Positions 1-12,972 of a stretch of 64,000 bases of DNA are shown one piece after another. The stretch is from NCBI GenBank assembly GCA_964016885.1, contig OZ024740.1, positions 427,428,001-427,492,000 on the forward strand, read 5' to 3'. The first letter of the stretch is position 1. The number at the start of each line of letters is the position of its first letter. The translations under genes were made by a program, and so were the position numbers. Under the pieces are notes generated by a model. That model searched no databases. It was given only the letters and a program-made list of their open reading frames with translations, and was not told the DNA's origin. Origin of the DNA: Eledone cirrhosa. Its lineage: Eukaryota.

Positions 1-1325
1 GAACGCCAAACACATCGACGCGATCGGCACTACACTAAGAGAATACGAAGCGGTGACAGAAGCAATGATCAACCAGGAAAAGTCAGTGGGCTTGCAGCTC
101 GGCACCTGGAGAGGCAGGTCCATGCCGTCCAACAGCGTCGTCGGACGCTGGACGGACGGACCGGTTAAATTGCTAGGGGTCTGGTTCGGTCCGGACCTCC
201 ATGCGGACAAAAGCTGGGACGAGGTGACGAGCAGGTTGGCTTCTCTCACCCAGAAATGGGCGGAGAGGAAGCTATCCCTGAAAGGTCGAGCGGAGGTAGC
301 TAACGCGTACATCGCGTTTGTCATCTGCTACCGCCTGACCGTCGTACCTTGTCCTAAGCCTCGCCTGACTGCGCTGGAGCGTTTGCTCTTTCGCTTTTTG
401 TGGAATGGACGCTCTCCAATGCTCAGGCGGTCCATCTGTTGTCAACACCCGCTACGTGGAGGGCTGGGCGTGCTGTGGCTGATGATGCGCAGGCACGCGC
501 TCAGGCTACGACATCTCCACCTCTTCCTCGACGGTGATCAGGTGTGGTCGCCGTTTGCTAGACACGTATTTCCCCAGCTCGTTTCCTTGACGGAGCTGCA
601 GTCCTGGGTCAAGCGAAGACCGAGAGGGAGCGCCTGGAGACTGGAATGTCTTCAGGCGCTCACAGCCCTCGACCAATCGGGCAATGTGATCGGTGGAAAC
701 TCTACCTCGGCGTTCTATAGAGGATTAGTGGAGGGGAAGAGCGACGACGTACTTGGGGAAACTCTAGGCGTCGACGAAAATCAACTAGCCAATCTCTTCG
801 GAAGAACTTTCGGGCCGGGGCCTATGGACAACTTCCAGAAATCTCTGGCCTGGCAGTGCTACCGAGGAGCCTTGCCAGTTCGGGATAAACTCTACAGGCA
901 TGGAGGTGCCGTCAGCCGGGCATGTCCGAGATGCGCGCAGGGCGACGAAACCGTCCTGCACGCACTTGTCCAGTGTCCGAAAATTGCTGACTTGTGGGTT
1001 TATGTCGAACACCTGCTGTCGCGTTTAGGACGGATCTGGCTATCATCTGAGTCCATTGTGAGGATTGCCCCGCCCTCCTCCTTTAGCCGGGAAGGGCAGG
1101 CAGTTTTTATCTGTCTGGTGGCCATAGCGAAAGAGATAGTATGGTGGACACGTTTGAAAGGGCTGAAGACGAGCACTTACCTCTTCGGTGATGCTCTGAT
1201 TGACTTTTTGTTACATCCTCTGTTTTTGTTTTTTACACGCAGAAATGCCAATTTGTACCGTCCTGTATTGTCCTGCACTGTCCTTAATGTCTACTTTATG
1301 TAAACCCTTGTGGTCAATAAAGAAA

Positions 1326-1358
<33 letters not shown>

Positions 1359-1365
1359 TATTATT
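1..1365 (+). mobile_element. Tx1/L1-clade non-LTR retrotransposon, 3' part (ORF2 C-terminus, zf-RVT, 3' tail)
   Basis: ORF 53-1303 has post-RT motifs (KLLGVWF, GGLG) and a zinc knuckle CPRC...ETVLHALVQC. It ends in AATAAAGAAATC(ATT)n and is highly similar to the minus-strand copy at 52561-55671. Confidence 0.9.
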
Positions 1366-1689
1366 GGCTGTCGGACAGTGAAGACGTGTTTTTGGAGATC
1401 CGCAAAAGTAATACATTTTCTGCTTATTTTCATTTAAAATAACTGTTGCACTCTATGAAAAGAGTCGTAAGACTTCCGTCTTTGCCCCGTGAAGGGTGAC
1501 TATAATAATTTGGCCTTTTGGCCCAAATATTTCAACTTTTTGTATTTTTAAAAAAATTCTCGAAAAAAAATACATAGCTGAGCCATGTTCGAACTTCGGG
1601 TCTGCTATTGTGTGACAGCGACCTAAACGTTGAGAGAAGGGAAGCGGCAAACTCATTGATTTATACTATAAATACATTTAGTAGCACCA

Positions 1690-2334
1690 CCACAAACAGC
1701 ATGAACAGCTGCAGCAGAAACACCAAAGGGAGAACAATAACCTTAAAAAAAAACAACTACAATACCACCAGCAATTTCCAAAAGATTGACAACATAAATA
1801 ATGACAACAAAAACAACGAAATTAACACCACTAACAAGAACATAAACAGTGACAGCATCAACAGCAACAATACCAACTGCACCGAGAACAACAACGGCGG
1901 CACCAAAGATTTAACCAACTGCAACAGTGATAACAGCGACAACACCAACAAGAACAACGACAACACCAACAACAGGAACAATTTCGCTACAGCGCTATGC
2001 TTCAGCATGGACTTCTCGAATAAAAATGAAATGTTGGCCCGAGGCCTGGAAGCTCATTAAGCAAAAGCAAACCTGGGCCAACTTAACTGTCTCGGTAGAA
2101 GCTATTGAAGCAGTGGAGCGCAGAACAGTGCATTACAGATGCATCTCAGCAGTAACAAAGAGGGCGGCTTTAATTACGCAGGCAGATATCGAAGCTGCGC
2201 TGAAGGACAACAGAGATGACACCGAATACATAGCGAGGGGAAGACAATACGGCACCATTTCGATGCTGTTTAAGTCAGAATCCCTCACTAATAAACATGC
2301 AACCTTCGTGTTTCACATTGAAGAAATGGTGTAA
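1690..2334 (+). pseudogene. Possible LINE ORF1 (gag-like) N-terminal remnant
   Basis: AAC-rich low-complexity leader followed by a non-repetitive peptide (AIEAVERRTVHYRC...EYIARGRQYGTISMLF), lying between two Tx1 pieces. No diagnostic motif. Confidence 0.35.
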
Positions 2335-2554
2335 TGCCATTCTCGCCGCTAGCACGTCAGTAGCAATGCCACTACAAATAGCCTCGTCTAATTTATGTAC
2401 CAGCTCCTGCTCCTTTCTATTTTTTTCTAACGCTACTTCTTTGCAAAACACCTATCGAAATTACTCTAATCTCTCTTTTGCGAGCCCCCTCCCCCTCCCC
2501 ACCATCTGTTATTGACCACCCCATCCCTGTCAGACCCCATCTGTGAGTCACCCC

Positions 2555-3175
2555 CTGCCCGAGATTCGTTCAGAACGATGAAACTGTTCTGCACGCACTC
2601 GTCCAGTGTCCGTGCATTACTGACTTTTGGAGTTATGTCGAATAGCTGTTGTTGCGTGTAGAACGGATCCGGCTATCGGCCGAGTCCTTAGTGAAGATCG
2701 AATTTTGGCCAGGAAGGGCAGGCAATGTTCCTCTGTCTGGTGGCAGTAGCGAAAGAGGTTGTATAGTTCAGGTTGAAAGGACTGAAGACAGACACTCTTC
2801 TCTTTGGCCAATCCCTCATCAACTTTTTCAAATTTCATTTGGAAAGGAAGGTGAGGGTGGAGCGAGAAGTGTTGCTCCCCAGTACATTTGCTGAAAGGTG
2901 CGTGAATGTGGCCAGAATGGCCCATGTGAGTGGTCCTACTCTGATCATGCACCTGTAGGCTGGTGAATTTGAGAGGGAAAGGGGTGTCCTTCCTGGGTGC
3001 CCCCGAAGCGCAAGGGTAGTTCAGGATTGGTGGGGTACCTGAATCACCCGTCGGTGTTTATTGTTATTGTTTTCCAATTTTTTTTACTCAACTTTTATGC
3101 AAACCACCACCGTCCTCGTCTATTGTATTGTCTCCTATATGCCGACCCTTGTGGCCTATAAATGAAACCATTATT
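2555..3175 (+). mobile_element. Tx1-like LINE 3' fragment (second subfamily)
   Basis: Decayed DETVLHALVQCP and KGLKTDTLLFGQSLINFFKFHLERKVRVER. The 3'UTR matches 58430-58920 and ends CCCTTGTGGCCTATAAATGAAACCATTA. Confidence 0.85.
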
Positions 3176-3556
3176 TTTCACGCTTTTAAATCACTATTTT
3201 GTTGTAAAGGTGATCAATGTTTTTTCTCTCAAGAAAGGAAACTCAATAATATTTAGGCCTTTGGCGCAAATATTAGAATGTTGCAATTCATTTGATGCCC
3301 ATAAAACCTTTGAGAATAGAGGTTAAACCCCCTCCATATCCAACCAGAGCGTCAAAGATGGGTGGATTTCAACCGGGTTTTTTTCCGTCCATTCAAATTG
3401 CCAAACGTAGAGTTAATTATTATTATAATTAATATTATTTGAGTTATTATCTGTCATGTTTTTTAAATTATGAGATATGTGGAGCACGTCATCTCTGTAA
3501 AATCTTACGTGAGTTGATTTTCTGTTGTTTCGCGTGTAATAAATACATTAAAAGCT

Positions 3557-4235
3557 ACAGTAATGTGGAAGACATACATATACATAATATGAAAGAGTAC
3601 AGGTTGAATTTTCCAGTAAAAAACCCAATAAAATGTAGGCATAACTGACCAGATATAATGATATGGGACGGAGAAGAAAGCATGCACAATAGTGGAAATT
3701 ACCGGCCCAGCAGATGCCAATATAATATCAAAGATTAGTGAAAAGGAGAATAGCTATGCAGAATTAATGAGAAATCTGCAGATACTCTACCCTGACTATA
3801 CCTTCAGATTTATACCTGTGATTATTGGGGCACTTGGATATGTTAGTAACTGCCTCAATACAGATCTTGATAGGCTAGGCTTCACGGAAACAGAAAGAAC
3901 ACAATTAGTTAGGAAATTACAAGTACAATCAATTAATGGAACAGTAAAAATATGTAAAATATTCCAAAAATTCTGCATCTAATAACTGCATATACACATG
4001 TACAGATACAAAGCATATGCACATGCACACATATAGCTCAAAACATACACATCAACACATACAATAACATCCATACCTACACATGCATGCATACAGACAT
4101 GCAGACATATCTACCTAGTTAAAGTTGTGTAAATTTCAATGAGAGAGTCTTGTAACTATGTTAGAAACCGACTCTCTCTCTCAATTGGTAAACATTTATA
4201 AAACTATAAAACCAGAATAACATACATACATACAT
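3557..4235 (+). mobile_element. R4/Dong-like RLE LINE 3' fragment
   Basis: KCRHN*PDIMIWD...EITGPADANI..K..EK...Y...IPVIIGALG restriction-like endonuclease motif, followed by a 3'UTR and (TACA)n tail. Confidence 0.75.
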
Positions 4236-4236
4236 C

Positions 4237-4315
<79 letters not shown>

Positions 4316-4392
4316 ACGAAGGAATTGTGGTAAGCAACCAGATGGACTATAACGCACCAAAGTACTCAATACTTAGTGTAGTAGAGTGGGTA

Positions 4393-4505
4393 ATAGGAAC
4401 AAGTATGACCCCGACGGCAGAGCTCAAGCCGTTTCGACGGCTATTTCTGGGAAATAGCCGTCGAAACGGCTTGAGCTCTGCCGTCGGGGTCATACTTGTT
4501 CCTAT
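4393..4505. repeat. Perfect 55-bp inverted repeat (3-nt loop) in an insert between (TA)n tracts
   Basis: 4393-4447 is the exact reverse complement of 4451-4505. Confidence 0.95.
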
Positions 4506-4528
4506 ATGTACACATATATATATGTATG

Positions 4529-4595
<67 letters not shown>

Positions 4596-7149
4596 ATATA
4601 TTCATATGTATATATATTTATTTATATATATTTATATATATATGTATATATGTATATATACAAATGCCTCTGTGTATATATGTATGTTCCTTACAATTTG
4701 ATTTGGTAGTTTAAGTTAAAGAAATACTTATTATCTCTTCATTATTTCCACAATTTCTGCTTGATGTCCAGGCAAAATAATCAACAACAAAATATCTTTT
4801 AATTTGTGATATTCATTGGCTTACGATTATCTCTGTCATTATTTCATAATCCGCTCACCGTTAATGAATGTATTATCAGCGTTTTATACAATGTTATTAT
4901 ATGAAAGATTCAAGGAATAAATATGAACAGTCTCATAAAGTAACGACTCTGGACATTAATCTGTTTTATTTTTGTTTAATATTGTTTTTTATTTTATTTT
5001 TCTGCATGTATTGTCTTAATCTTGGTATAATTGGGCGGGAGCACCCAGCAGATCACCGCCCTGTGCCACAAGTAAAGTCACCGTCCTATTTTATATAAGA
5101 TTGTCTATTGCAGGCCGTCATCTTGTTAAGTTGCATTCCTTCGACAAATAATTCATCGTTTCTGTCTCAATGTAAGCTCATTATTTATTTTACGTTCCTC
5201 GAGTTATGGAAATAGCTTTAGATGTAATTGGTGACAAGTCTGATTCTCTATCAGTAAGAGTTGCTTGCTAAAATACGTACCAGTAATAAATTGCAAAGAG
5301 AAACTCGGCTATAGTTTGTTCTCAAGAGAGAACTCATTATGTTATGTTACAGCCGCATACATGTCCCCATGTCCCCATGTTGGCATACTAAATTAACTAT
5401 CATCAACGTAGCTGATATTTTATGCTTGTTTATTAGTATCATTGTAATTGATGTCGGCTATATTTCTAGAATTATGACTACATTCAATATGTCGTACAAT
5501 AAATACTATGTTGATGTTAATAAAGTTACAAAACAATAGCAAGATTTCCGTAATCAATTTAACATAAGCTGTATCACGTAAGGACTTCATTCTTCAGCAA
5601 TGTATCTATTTAACAAAATTAATAAATAAGCTGGACAAATCCGGTTTTTGAACAAGTTAAACCCGGTGTAGCATTCGAATAGAGCAGAAAAATCTGCTGG
5701 AACGTTTAATGAACCAGCGGGGGAAAAAAACCCCTACGTTTTCATTCGGCTTACAATAAATATTAATCAAGTCTTTCACGTTACATCCTACCGTTAAAAT
5801 GGTGGGATATGCGAGACATTTACAATGCCTTTTCATCATAGATCTGCTGATTCAAGGCTGACCTGGGTCTAAATTATAAATACAGAATGTGAAACATGCC
5901 TCAATTATAGAGTGTACTGTAACACTGACATATGCCATTTTATAATAACTATTTACAGCCAGGTTGACAAACTAAGTTATTATCTTGATCAATGACACAT
6001 CATAAATCATCGCAAAAAGAATACGAATTGTGCAATTCTCCGATTGAAAAGTGTGTAAAGTACTGGCTCGGCTTTTTCATGTCTCTCGAAAGAAAAGAAA
6101 GGGTTAAGAGGAGAGAGAGGGAGGGAATAAGAACGAGAGAGAAACTGAGAGAGTAAAAACAAGAGAGATTGGGATTTCATGGGATAAGTAACAATAAAAA
6201 CGATATCATCGATGACACTGTTGTTAAGTAGACACCAATATACATAGTAACTCATCTGTATGTGTGGATTTATATAATTTATATACGCAACGATCATGAA
6301 TGCAAATTTCTATTGAATAAGATTTTATTAAATGGAGTGTGCGACAATATATGGAAAATACATATCATTGATTCTTTATAAACAGTTTCATTTCCATTAA
6401 ATTTTTTAATGTAATTTTTTTCCTTACAAGTCATATATAAATCAATTTTATAAAAGAAATAATATATTTCTTAGGGCTATATTCAAGTTTACTTACAATT
6501 TTTCATACATTTCCCCGTTAACGACAAGTTCGTCATCGCTTTTTTTTCTTTCTCCTTTCATTGATTTATTTTGTTATTCAAAAATATTTCTACGTCGCCA
6601 TCTTGAGCAACTACACCATGTCTCAAACACATTTTTCCTCCTCTCGTGTGGAGCTGAGCTTTCTCATCAAAAATCAATAATGTATTTGTCGATTCTTCTT
6701 CAAATGCATTCACTACATCTGAACAATTAATTCACATTCCTTCCTCCACCAAACCCATTACCTCACTCTACTGTCATTAACTCGAGTGTGTTTTATTCCT
6801 CTTTAGATTGTCAAAATCTTAAATTCATTTACCGTTATTAATGGTCAAACCTTTTCTTTTATGAGATATCGTTCGCGTCAGTTTACTGTTGTCGCTAGCG
6901 ATGCTAATGACACTACTACAACTCCAACAACTCTGGTTAATACTATTTCTCTAGCTTAACATTTCTGCTGCCTCTGCTGTTGCTACTACTCATATTAAAT
7001 CGATGATATTGCTGTTGCTAATTCCATTATTACTGAAGCAAGAAAATTAGAGTTCATTTTAGCGCTCAGGGTTTAACGTCAAAATTATCTGTTCTGAATA
7101 AAACGCATTTTTCCATAACCTGAAAGTTCGTTACCACCACTATTGGCTT

Positions 7150-7302
7150 CATGATGATGATGATGATGACGATGATGATGATGATGATCATCATCATCAT
7201 CATCATCAATTTCATAATCATCATCATCGTCATCCTCATTAACATCATCATCGTCATCTTCAACATTATCAACATATTTCTACTGAAACAGGAGCAGCAG
7301 CG

Positions 7303-7347
<45 letters not shown>

Positions 7348-7348
7348 T

Positions 7349-7395
<47 letters not shown>

Positions 7396-7396
7396 T

Positions 7397-7428
<32 letters not shown>

Positions 7429-7526
7429 TTACTACTACTAATATTACTACCACTACCACCACCACTACTACTATTACTACTACCACCACCACCACCACCA
7501 CTACTACTACCACTACTACTACTAGT

Positions 7527-7603
<77 letters not shown>
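7150..7603. repeat. Compound trinucleotide microsatellite (ATG/ATC, TAC, ATT, TAG)
   Basis: Directly visible. Confidence 0.95.
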
Positions 7604-7604
<1 letters not shown>

Positions 7605-8160
7605 TCAGAGTTTCGTAGTGTTTTATGAATTACCTGGGAGTGATGCCTGTATGCATTCAGGATTATATCTTGACTCTCCAGTTTGGTGGCGAGGCCTGTA
7701 TACAGTATTAAATCATCCATCCAAAACTGATTTATAAGTTATCTGTTGCCTTGTTCATATCATTGGTCGATTCATTCCTAAAATGAGTAAATGGAATCCG
7801 AGACAGACAGATTAGTGTAAAATTCATATTATCATTGGAGAGGGCTGGAACCTTTTTCATCGTTTATATTAAAGCATTATTGCAATTATTCATTGTAATA
7901 TAGTATGGTTGATAAATTATATTGATGTTGGAGTTGGTCTGTTTATCTAGAGTGTATTCAATGCCCATAAGTCTCGGAAGCTGTCAAAAGCTTTACAGTA
8001 ATGACACACTTAGGTTTGTCTTTTAAATTTTGCTGGCTTCAATAACTTCTTGATTTACCAATAGCTGTTCTTTACATCCATACACATCTTACAGACGCTG
8101 TTTTGGGTCTGTATACTGTTACTATTTTCCAGATGAACAACCAGCCCGTATGTAAGTATA
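7605..8160 (-). mobile_element. Decayed R4/Dong-like LINE RT fragment
   Basis: Minus-strand peptides GCKEQLLVNQEVIEASK..NLS, KAFDS and INQFWMDDLILY match RT domains 2-5 of RLE LINEs. Confidence 0.65.
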
Positions 8161-8825
8161 GATGCCAACAATAAGTTTCTGATGTTTTTCAGATCAGATA
8201 TTGTCCCGTCTCTAGCAACCATCTGCTTGTTGATTCACATCTTTGCTGTTGTTCATTGTATCTCCATGTTCCCAGCAGTTGTGATCGTTCTTATTTTCTT
8301 TTTAAACTAAATCACATATAAATATAAAATTAACACGACCCCTACTGTAAAGATATACTGGCAGTAAATCATACAACGAAAGTAGCGCTGGCAAACATAA
8401 CATCAGCAATGGCGTTGTTAATGGACGGCAGTAAGGGAGTCTTTGTTAGGAGGCACAACCTGCTAGAAAAGAAACAAAAGTCGGTTATCCATCGAATTAA
8501 CCGATACTGTCTTTAAAATTAAGGCACTTTGCAGATTTTAATCCTGGAAATATACAACGGAACCATGTACACAGTTGAATGGTCTTTGCTCAAAGGTCGG
8601 CTTCATCAGAGATGACACGGGGATAAAAAACAGTCAACAAGGATATAAACATCAACAGAACCAAAATTTAAAGTGTAGTAGAAATATTCAGGGGAGCTGG
8701 ACAGAAGGGCTTCGGAGAAGAAAACCCATCAAACGAGCGTCTCGATCGTTAACTTCTTTCACTCTAAGGGGGCCGAACCACATCCAGGCCATGACACGTA
8801 TATGTATATATATATATATAAGGAA

Positions 8826-9050
8826 AAAATATGAAATCGAAAATGCAACTGGAGTCTTTTTTTTTTTAAATATATATTTATTTGGATCCTTTACCGGTTT
8901 CGCAGTTCTTCTGCTTTTCAAAAGTAGAATTGAGAAAAACTACAAACCCTCCATCTCAATTCTACTTTTGAAAGGCATAAGTACTGTGAAACTAGTAAAG
9001 GAAATAAATATTCTTAAAAAGACTCCAGTTGCATTTTCGATTTCTTATAC
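8826..9050. repeat. Imperfect inverted repeat with a U3-A8 variant hammerhead motif in each arm
   Basis: Arms GAAATCGAAAATGCAACTGGAGTC / GACTCCAGTTGCATTTTCGATTTC. Minus strand 8888-8924 reads CUU UUGAAAA GCAG-AAGAA-CUGC GAAA CCGG UA AAG. Confidence 0.7.
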
Positions 9051-9171
9051 TTTTACCTGTGTAGAACATCTCGATGTTTGTTTGTTTTTTCATTTTTGTT
9101 TTTTTTATAAAAGAAACCTCACTTTCTTATATCTATCTATCTATATTTACCTATCTGTATCTGTCTCTCTC

Positions 9172-9252
<81 letters not shown>

Positions 9253-9711
9253 TAAAAGGAAAAGAAAATGCTGACAAATATTTCCCAGTGAAAAATAGTT
9301 TAATTAGGAATAAGAAAAAATTAGTAATAAGTATTGGTTAGTATTCAGTTTTAGTTTTAAGTTTTTACCGGTTGCGCATTTCTAATGCTTTTCAAAAATA
9401 ATTTTGAGATAGAGCGCCTGTGATGTTTGCTCTAATCTGATCAGTTTTGGAAATTCTACCTGTTTTATGTGAAAAAAGTGGCTCTAGAGCTATTAAGATT
9501 TGGTTGGTTGTTGAATGTCACGTGAATAAGTACTATAAATTTCGCGCCAATTCGTGTTACAAAAATTATTGTAGTCAAAACAATTTTGATTGGTCGATAG
9601 AGGTCACGTGAATGTTAAAAATTGATTTTGCGCCAAATATAGGTTTGTCGAAGAGTGTCCTTTTTCGCCTGATTGAGAAGTCACTGAAAAATAAGTCTTT
9701 TAAAACAAATA

Positions 9712-9808
<97 letters not shown>

Positions 9809-10368
9809 GTGTGTGTGTGTGTTTGTATGTTAGTGTACGCGTGTGTATGTGTGTGTATATGTGTGTGTATATGTGTGTATATATTATATATGTGTGTGTG
9901 TGTGTGTGTGGATGGACCAGTATTTTTGTGATACTGGTAAAATTGGTGTACATTATTCGATATTTTCAGTAATTTGCAAAAACGATTCTCTCAAAAGAAC
10001 ATCAAAAACATTAATAATAAAAGGGGTGAAATGATGTATAGTATTGTCATAACACCAAGGTGTGTGTGAGTGTCCAGATTGTACGTACTGCAAGGGGAAT
10101 CCATTAGGCCTTGCCGTATTGGAATACTTTTGTACAAATATGTATGTGCCCATCAGTGTGCAATGCATGTGTGCGTATATGTATGTGTGTGTGTCGGCAC
10201 GTTTGTATCTATAGAAATCAAAAGGTATGCGTATTTGTGTATATTTGTGTTGCACCATAGAACATGTGTGTTTACGTATGTCATTGTGTTTATATGTGGA
10301 TAGAAATGTATGTAGGATGTATGCTGATGTAGGTATGTATGTTGACGTGTGCATGTTGTGGGTTCGTC

Positions 10369-10911
10369 TTAGGGAGAAGTGTTTAGACGGGGTCCGTATT
10401 TGTTAATAAAGTGAGATTCCTTGCTGATGCGCTGGGTGTGGGTGGCATTATCTTTACATTTGTAGAAGGGAAAGATTCTAAAGTTGGGATGATTTTGGGC
10501 GGCACAGGTATCAATGTGTTCACTCAGTGGTATTTTCCTGTATTCCCGTATTTTAATTTGGGATCTATGGACAGTCATGCGTTGGCGGAGGCTGTGTTTG
10601 GTCTGGCCTATGTATTGTTCTCGACAACCTGAGCAAGTTAATACATATATTAGGTTTTCTGATACGCATGTGAAATTTTGTTTTACTATAAAACGTTGTC
10701 CTTCTTTGAAATAGAATTCCGAACCCTCTATTAGGTTAATGCATATGCCACAGTTGGGTCTATCGCATGTTTTTACTGTGGGTTTCATTGTTGTAGTTGG
10801 CAGTACTTTGGCATGTGTTAGGATGTTTTTCATTGACTTAGATTGTCTTTTGCTCTTTATGATGTCGTGTGTTCGAAGGATTTGGTTCATTCTATGGTCC
10901 TTTTTTAACAC
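10369..10911 (-). pseudogene. Penelope GIY-YIG endonuclease domain
   Basis: CDRPNCGIC...TCVSENLIYVLTCSGCREQYIGQTKHSLRQRMTVHR...ESHFINKYGPRLN. Confidence 0.9.
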
Positions 10912-11165
10912 AGGGATGTTCTGGAGGATGGTGTCAATGGCCTCATCGTTGAGGGGGTTGTGTGTGGAGATGCATGGAAGAGCTTTTAGTTTCGGTTGAT
11001 TTACTTTAGGGTGTCTAAGGTCCTGGGTACTGAGTTTTAGGGCATGTTGGATTCCATTGTCAATTAGTGATGCAGGGTAGTGCCTGCCTATGAGTATGTC
11101 CTTTAGTTCTTGTAGCCGTAAGTAACAGGTGTTTTTATTGGAGACTATAGTACAGATTCTCTTGG

Positions 11166-12404
11166 CTAAGTTGTAGGGAATATTAATTTTAACGTGTCTA
11201 GGGTGGCAAGAGTTGAAAGGAAGATATTGCTTGGAGTCTGTGGGCTTGAGTATATGTCTGTTTCGATTTTTTTGTTATGAATCTTAATGAGGATGTCGAG
11301 GAAGGGGAGTTGTTGATGGCTGTATTCTATCGTAAAGTTAATATTCATGTTGAGCCCATTTATAAGGGTGTGAAATACTTTAAGTTTCTCGATGTTTTCT
11401 TGCCAAAGGATGAAGCAGTCATCTAGATATCGCTTCCAGTTCTTTTCTATGTGTAAGTGGAGAGTGTTTCAAAATTTGTTTAGTACATTAGTATAGAGGA
11501 TGATTTCCAGGTATCCCATGACTAGGTTGGCATAAGTGCGGGCTGTTTTTTTTTCCCATAGCGGTCCCAGATTTTTGCCTGTAGGATTTGTTATTGAAAA
11601 CGAAGTAATTGTTCTCCAAGCTAAATTTGAGTCCCTCTATCACGAATTCTTTTTTGATGCGTTGTGGGAGTTCATTGTGGAAATTATCCAGCCAGAATTG
11701 GATAGCTTCTATTCCTAGGTTGTGGAGGATGTTGGAGTATAGGTTGACTACATCGAAGTCACTAGTAGGGTTTGTTCAGAAAGGGGCATATTAGGGAGGT
11801 GATTGAGCATTTCTAGGTCGTCCCTTATATAGCTTTTGATGTGTTTGAGAAAAGGCTTGAGAAGGGTATCAATGAAGTTGCTAAGGCGGTGGGTTTCGCA
11901 AGCGGGGCCTGCTATTATAGGTCTTAATTTGAGATCATTGGGTGAGGGGACATTGATGACTATGTCTGTGGCTTCCTTGCATGCCTTACTTATTGATTCG
12001 CTTTTATGTACTTTAGGGATACCGTAGAAAAGGCTGGATTTACTTGTGAAGTCTGTGATGAAGCTGAATTCCTTGTTAGTGAGTTCTTCTTTGTATTGGT
12101 TGATCAGAGTTTTTAGGTTTCTCATAATTTTCTGTTGATTGTAGTGTTCAGCCTTTTCGTAGTATGTTTCGTTTTTCAAAGTGGAGAGCCCTAAGTTGAT
12201 ATAGAATTCTGTCTCCATTAGGACTACTGTACTCCCTTTATCAGCCTCTTTAATTGTAATAGTTCTGTCGGTTTTTAATCTATTTAATTCTTCCCATTCT
12301 TTCTTGTTGAGGTTTGGCTTGTGTTTTTGTCTGTGCAAGTTTTGGTAAGGGAAGTTTGTGATGTGTTCACAGAATTCGTCCAGGATTTTATTTATACCTT
12401 TCAC
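11166..12404 (-). pseudogene. Penelope reverse transcriptase (frameshifted)
   Basis: ORFs 11748-12404 and 11166-11348, with RT motifs in other frames between them. Confidence 0.85.
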
Positions 12405-12885
12405 TGAGTCGTAACTTTCTACAGAAGTCTGTGATGTCTTCCTTCATTTCATAGTAGTTAGGACGTAGTGGGGTCGGTGTGAATTTAAGACCTTTGGAGA
12501 GTAAGTTGATAAGGTTGGTGTTGGTTCTGCACTAGTTAGATTGATAATTCTTATTACTCTCGGTTTCTCCTCCCTCTATTGTGTTATTTTGTTTGCCTGT
12601 ATCTGTGTGCTGTGTCTAAAAAATGGTTGGGGTAGAGGGGTTGTCTGGTGATGTTAAGTGGTCTCCTGTGTTTGTTATATTCCTTGTTGTTGTAAAATGG
12701 GGTTCGGGTTCGTGTTTGTGGCTTGAATGGGGTGTTCCTGTATTGCAAGTATGGATGAGTGTTTCTATGTGCCATGTTGGATTGTGGTGTTATAGGTGGC
12801 CTACGTTGTTGGTTGTATCATGTGGTGTGGGTTTGTTGTGTATTGTGGAAGCGAGAGTTGAGAAAATGGAAATTACCCTGCTGTC

Positions 12886-12968
<83 letters not shown>

Positions 12969-12972
<4 letters not shown>

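Larger units (their letters stand above)
9251..12888 (-). mobile_element. Penelope-like element (RT + GIY-YIG), frameshifted, bounded by (TA)n tracts
   Basis: RT motifs ADKGSTVVLM, YGIPKVHK, LRPIIAG, YIRDD, WKRYLDD and LPFLDI, plus a C-terminal GIY-YIG domain. Coding region ~10369-12570; the outer limits are inferred from the flanking (TA)n. Confidence 0.85.

Noticed and set aside
1608-2060. Asn-rich 150-aa ORF as a host protein
   Set aside because: AAC low-complexity sequence in a LINE-derived neighbourhood.
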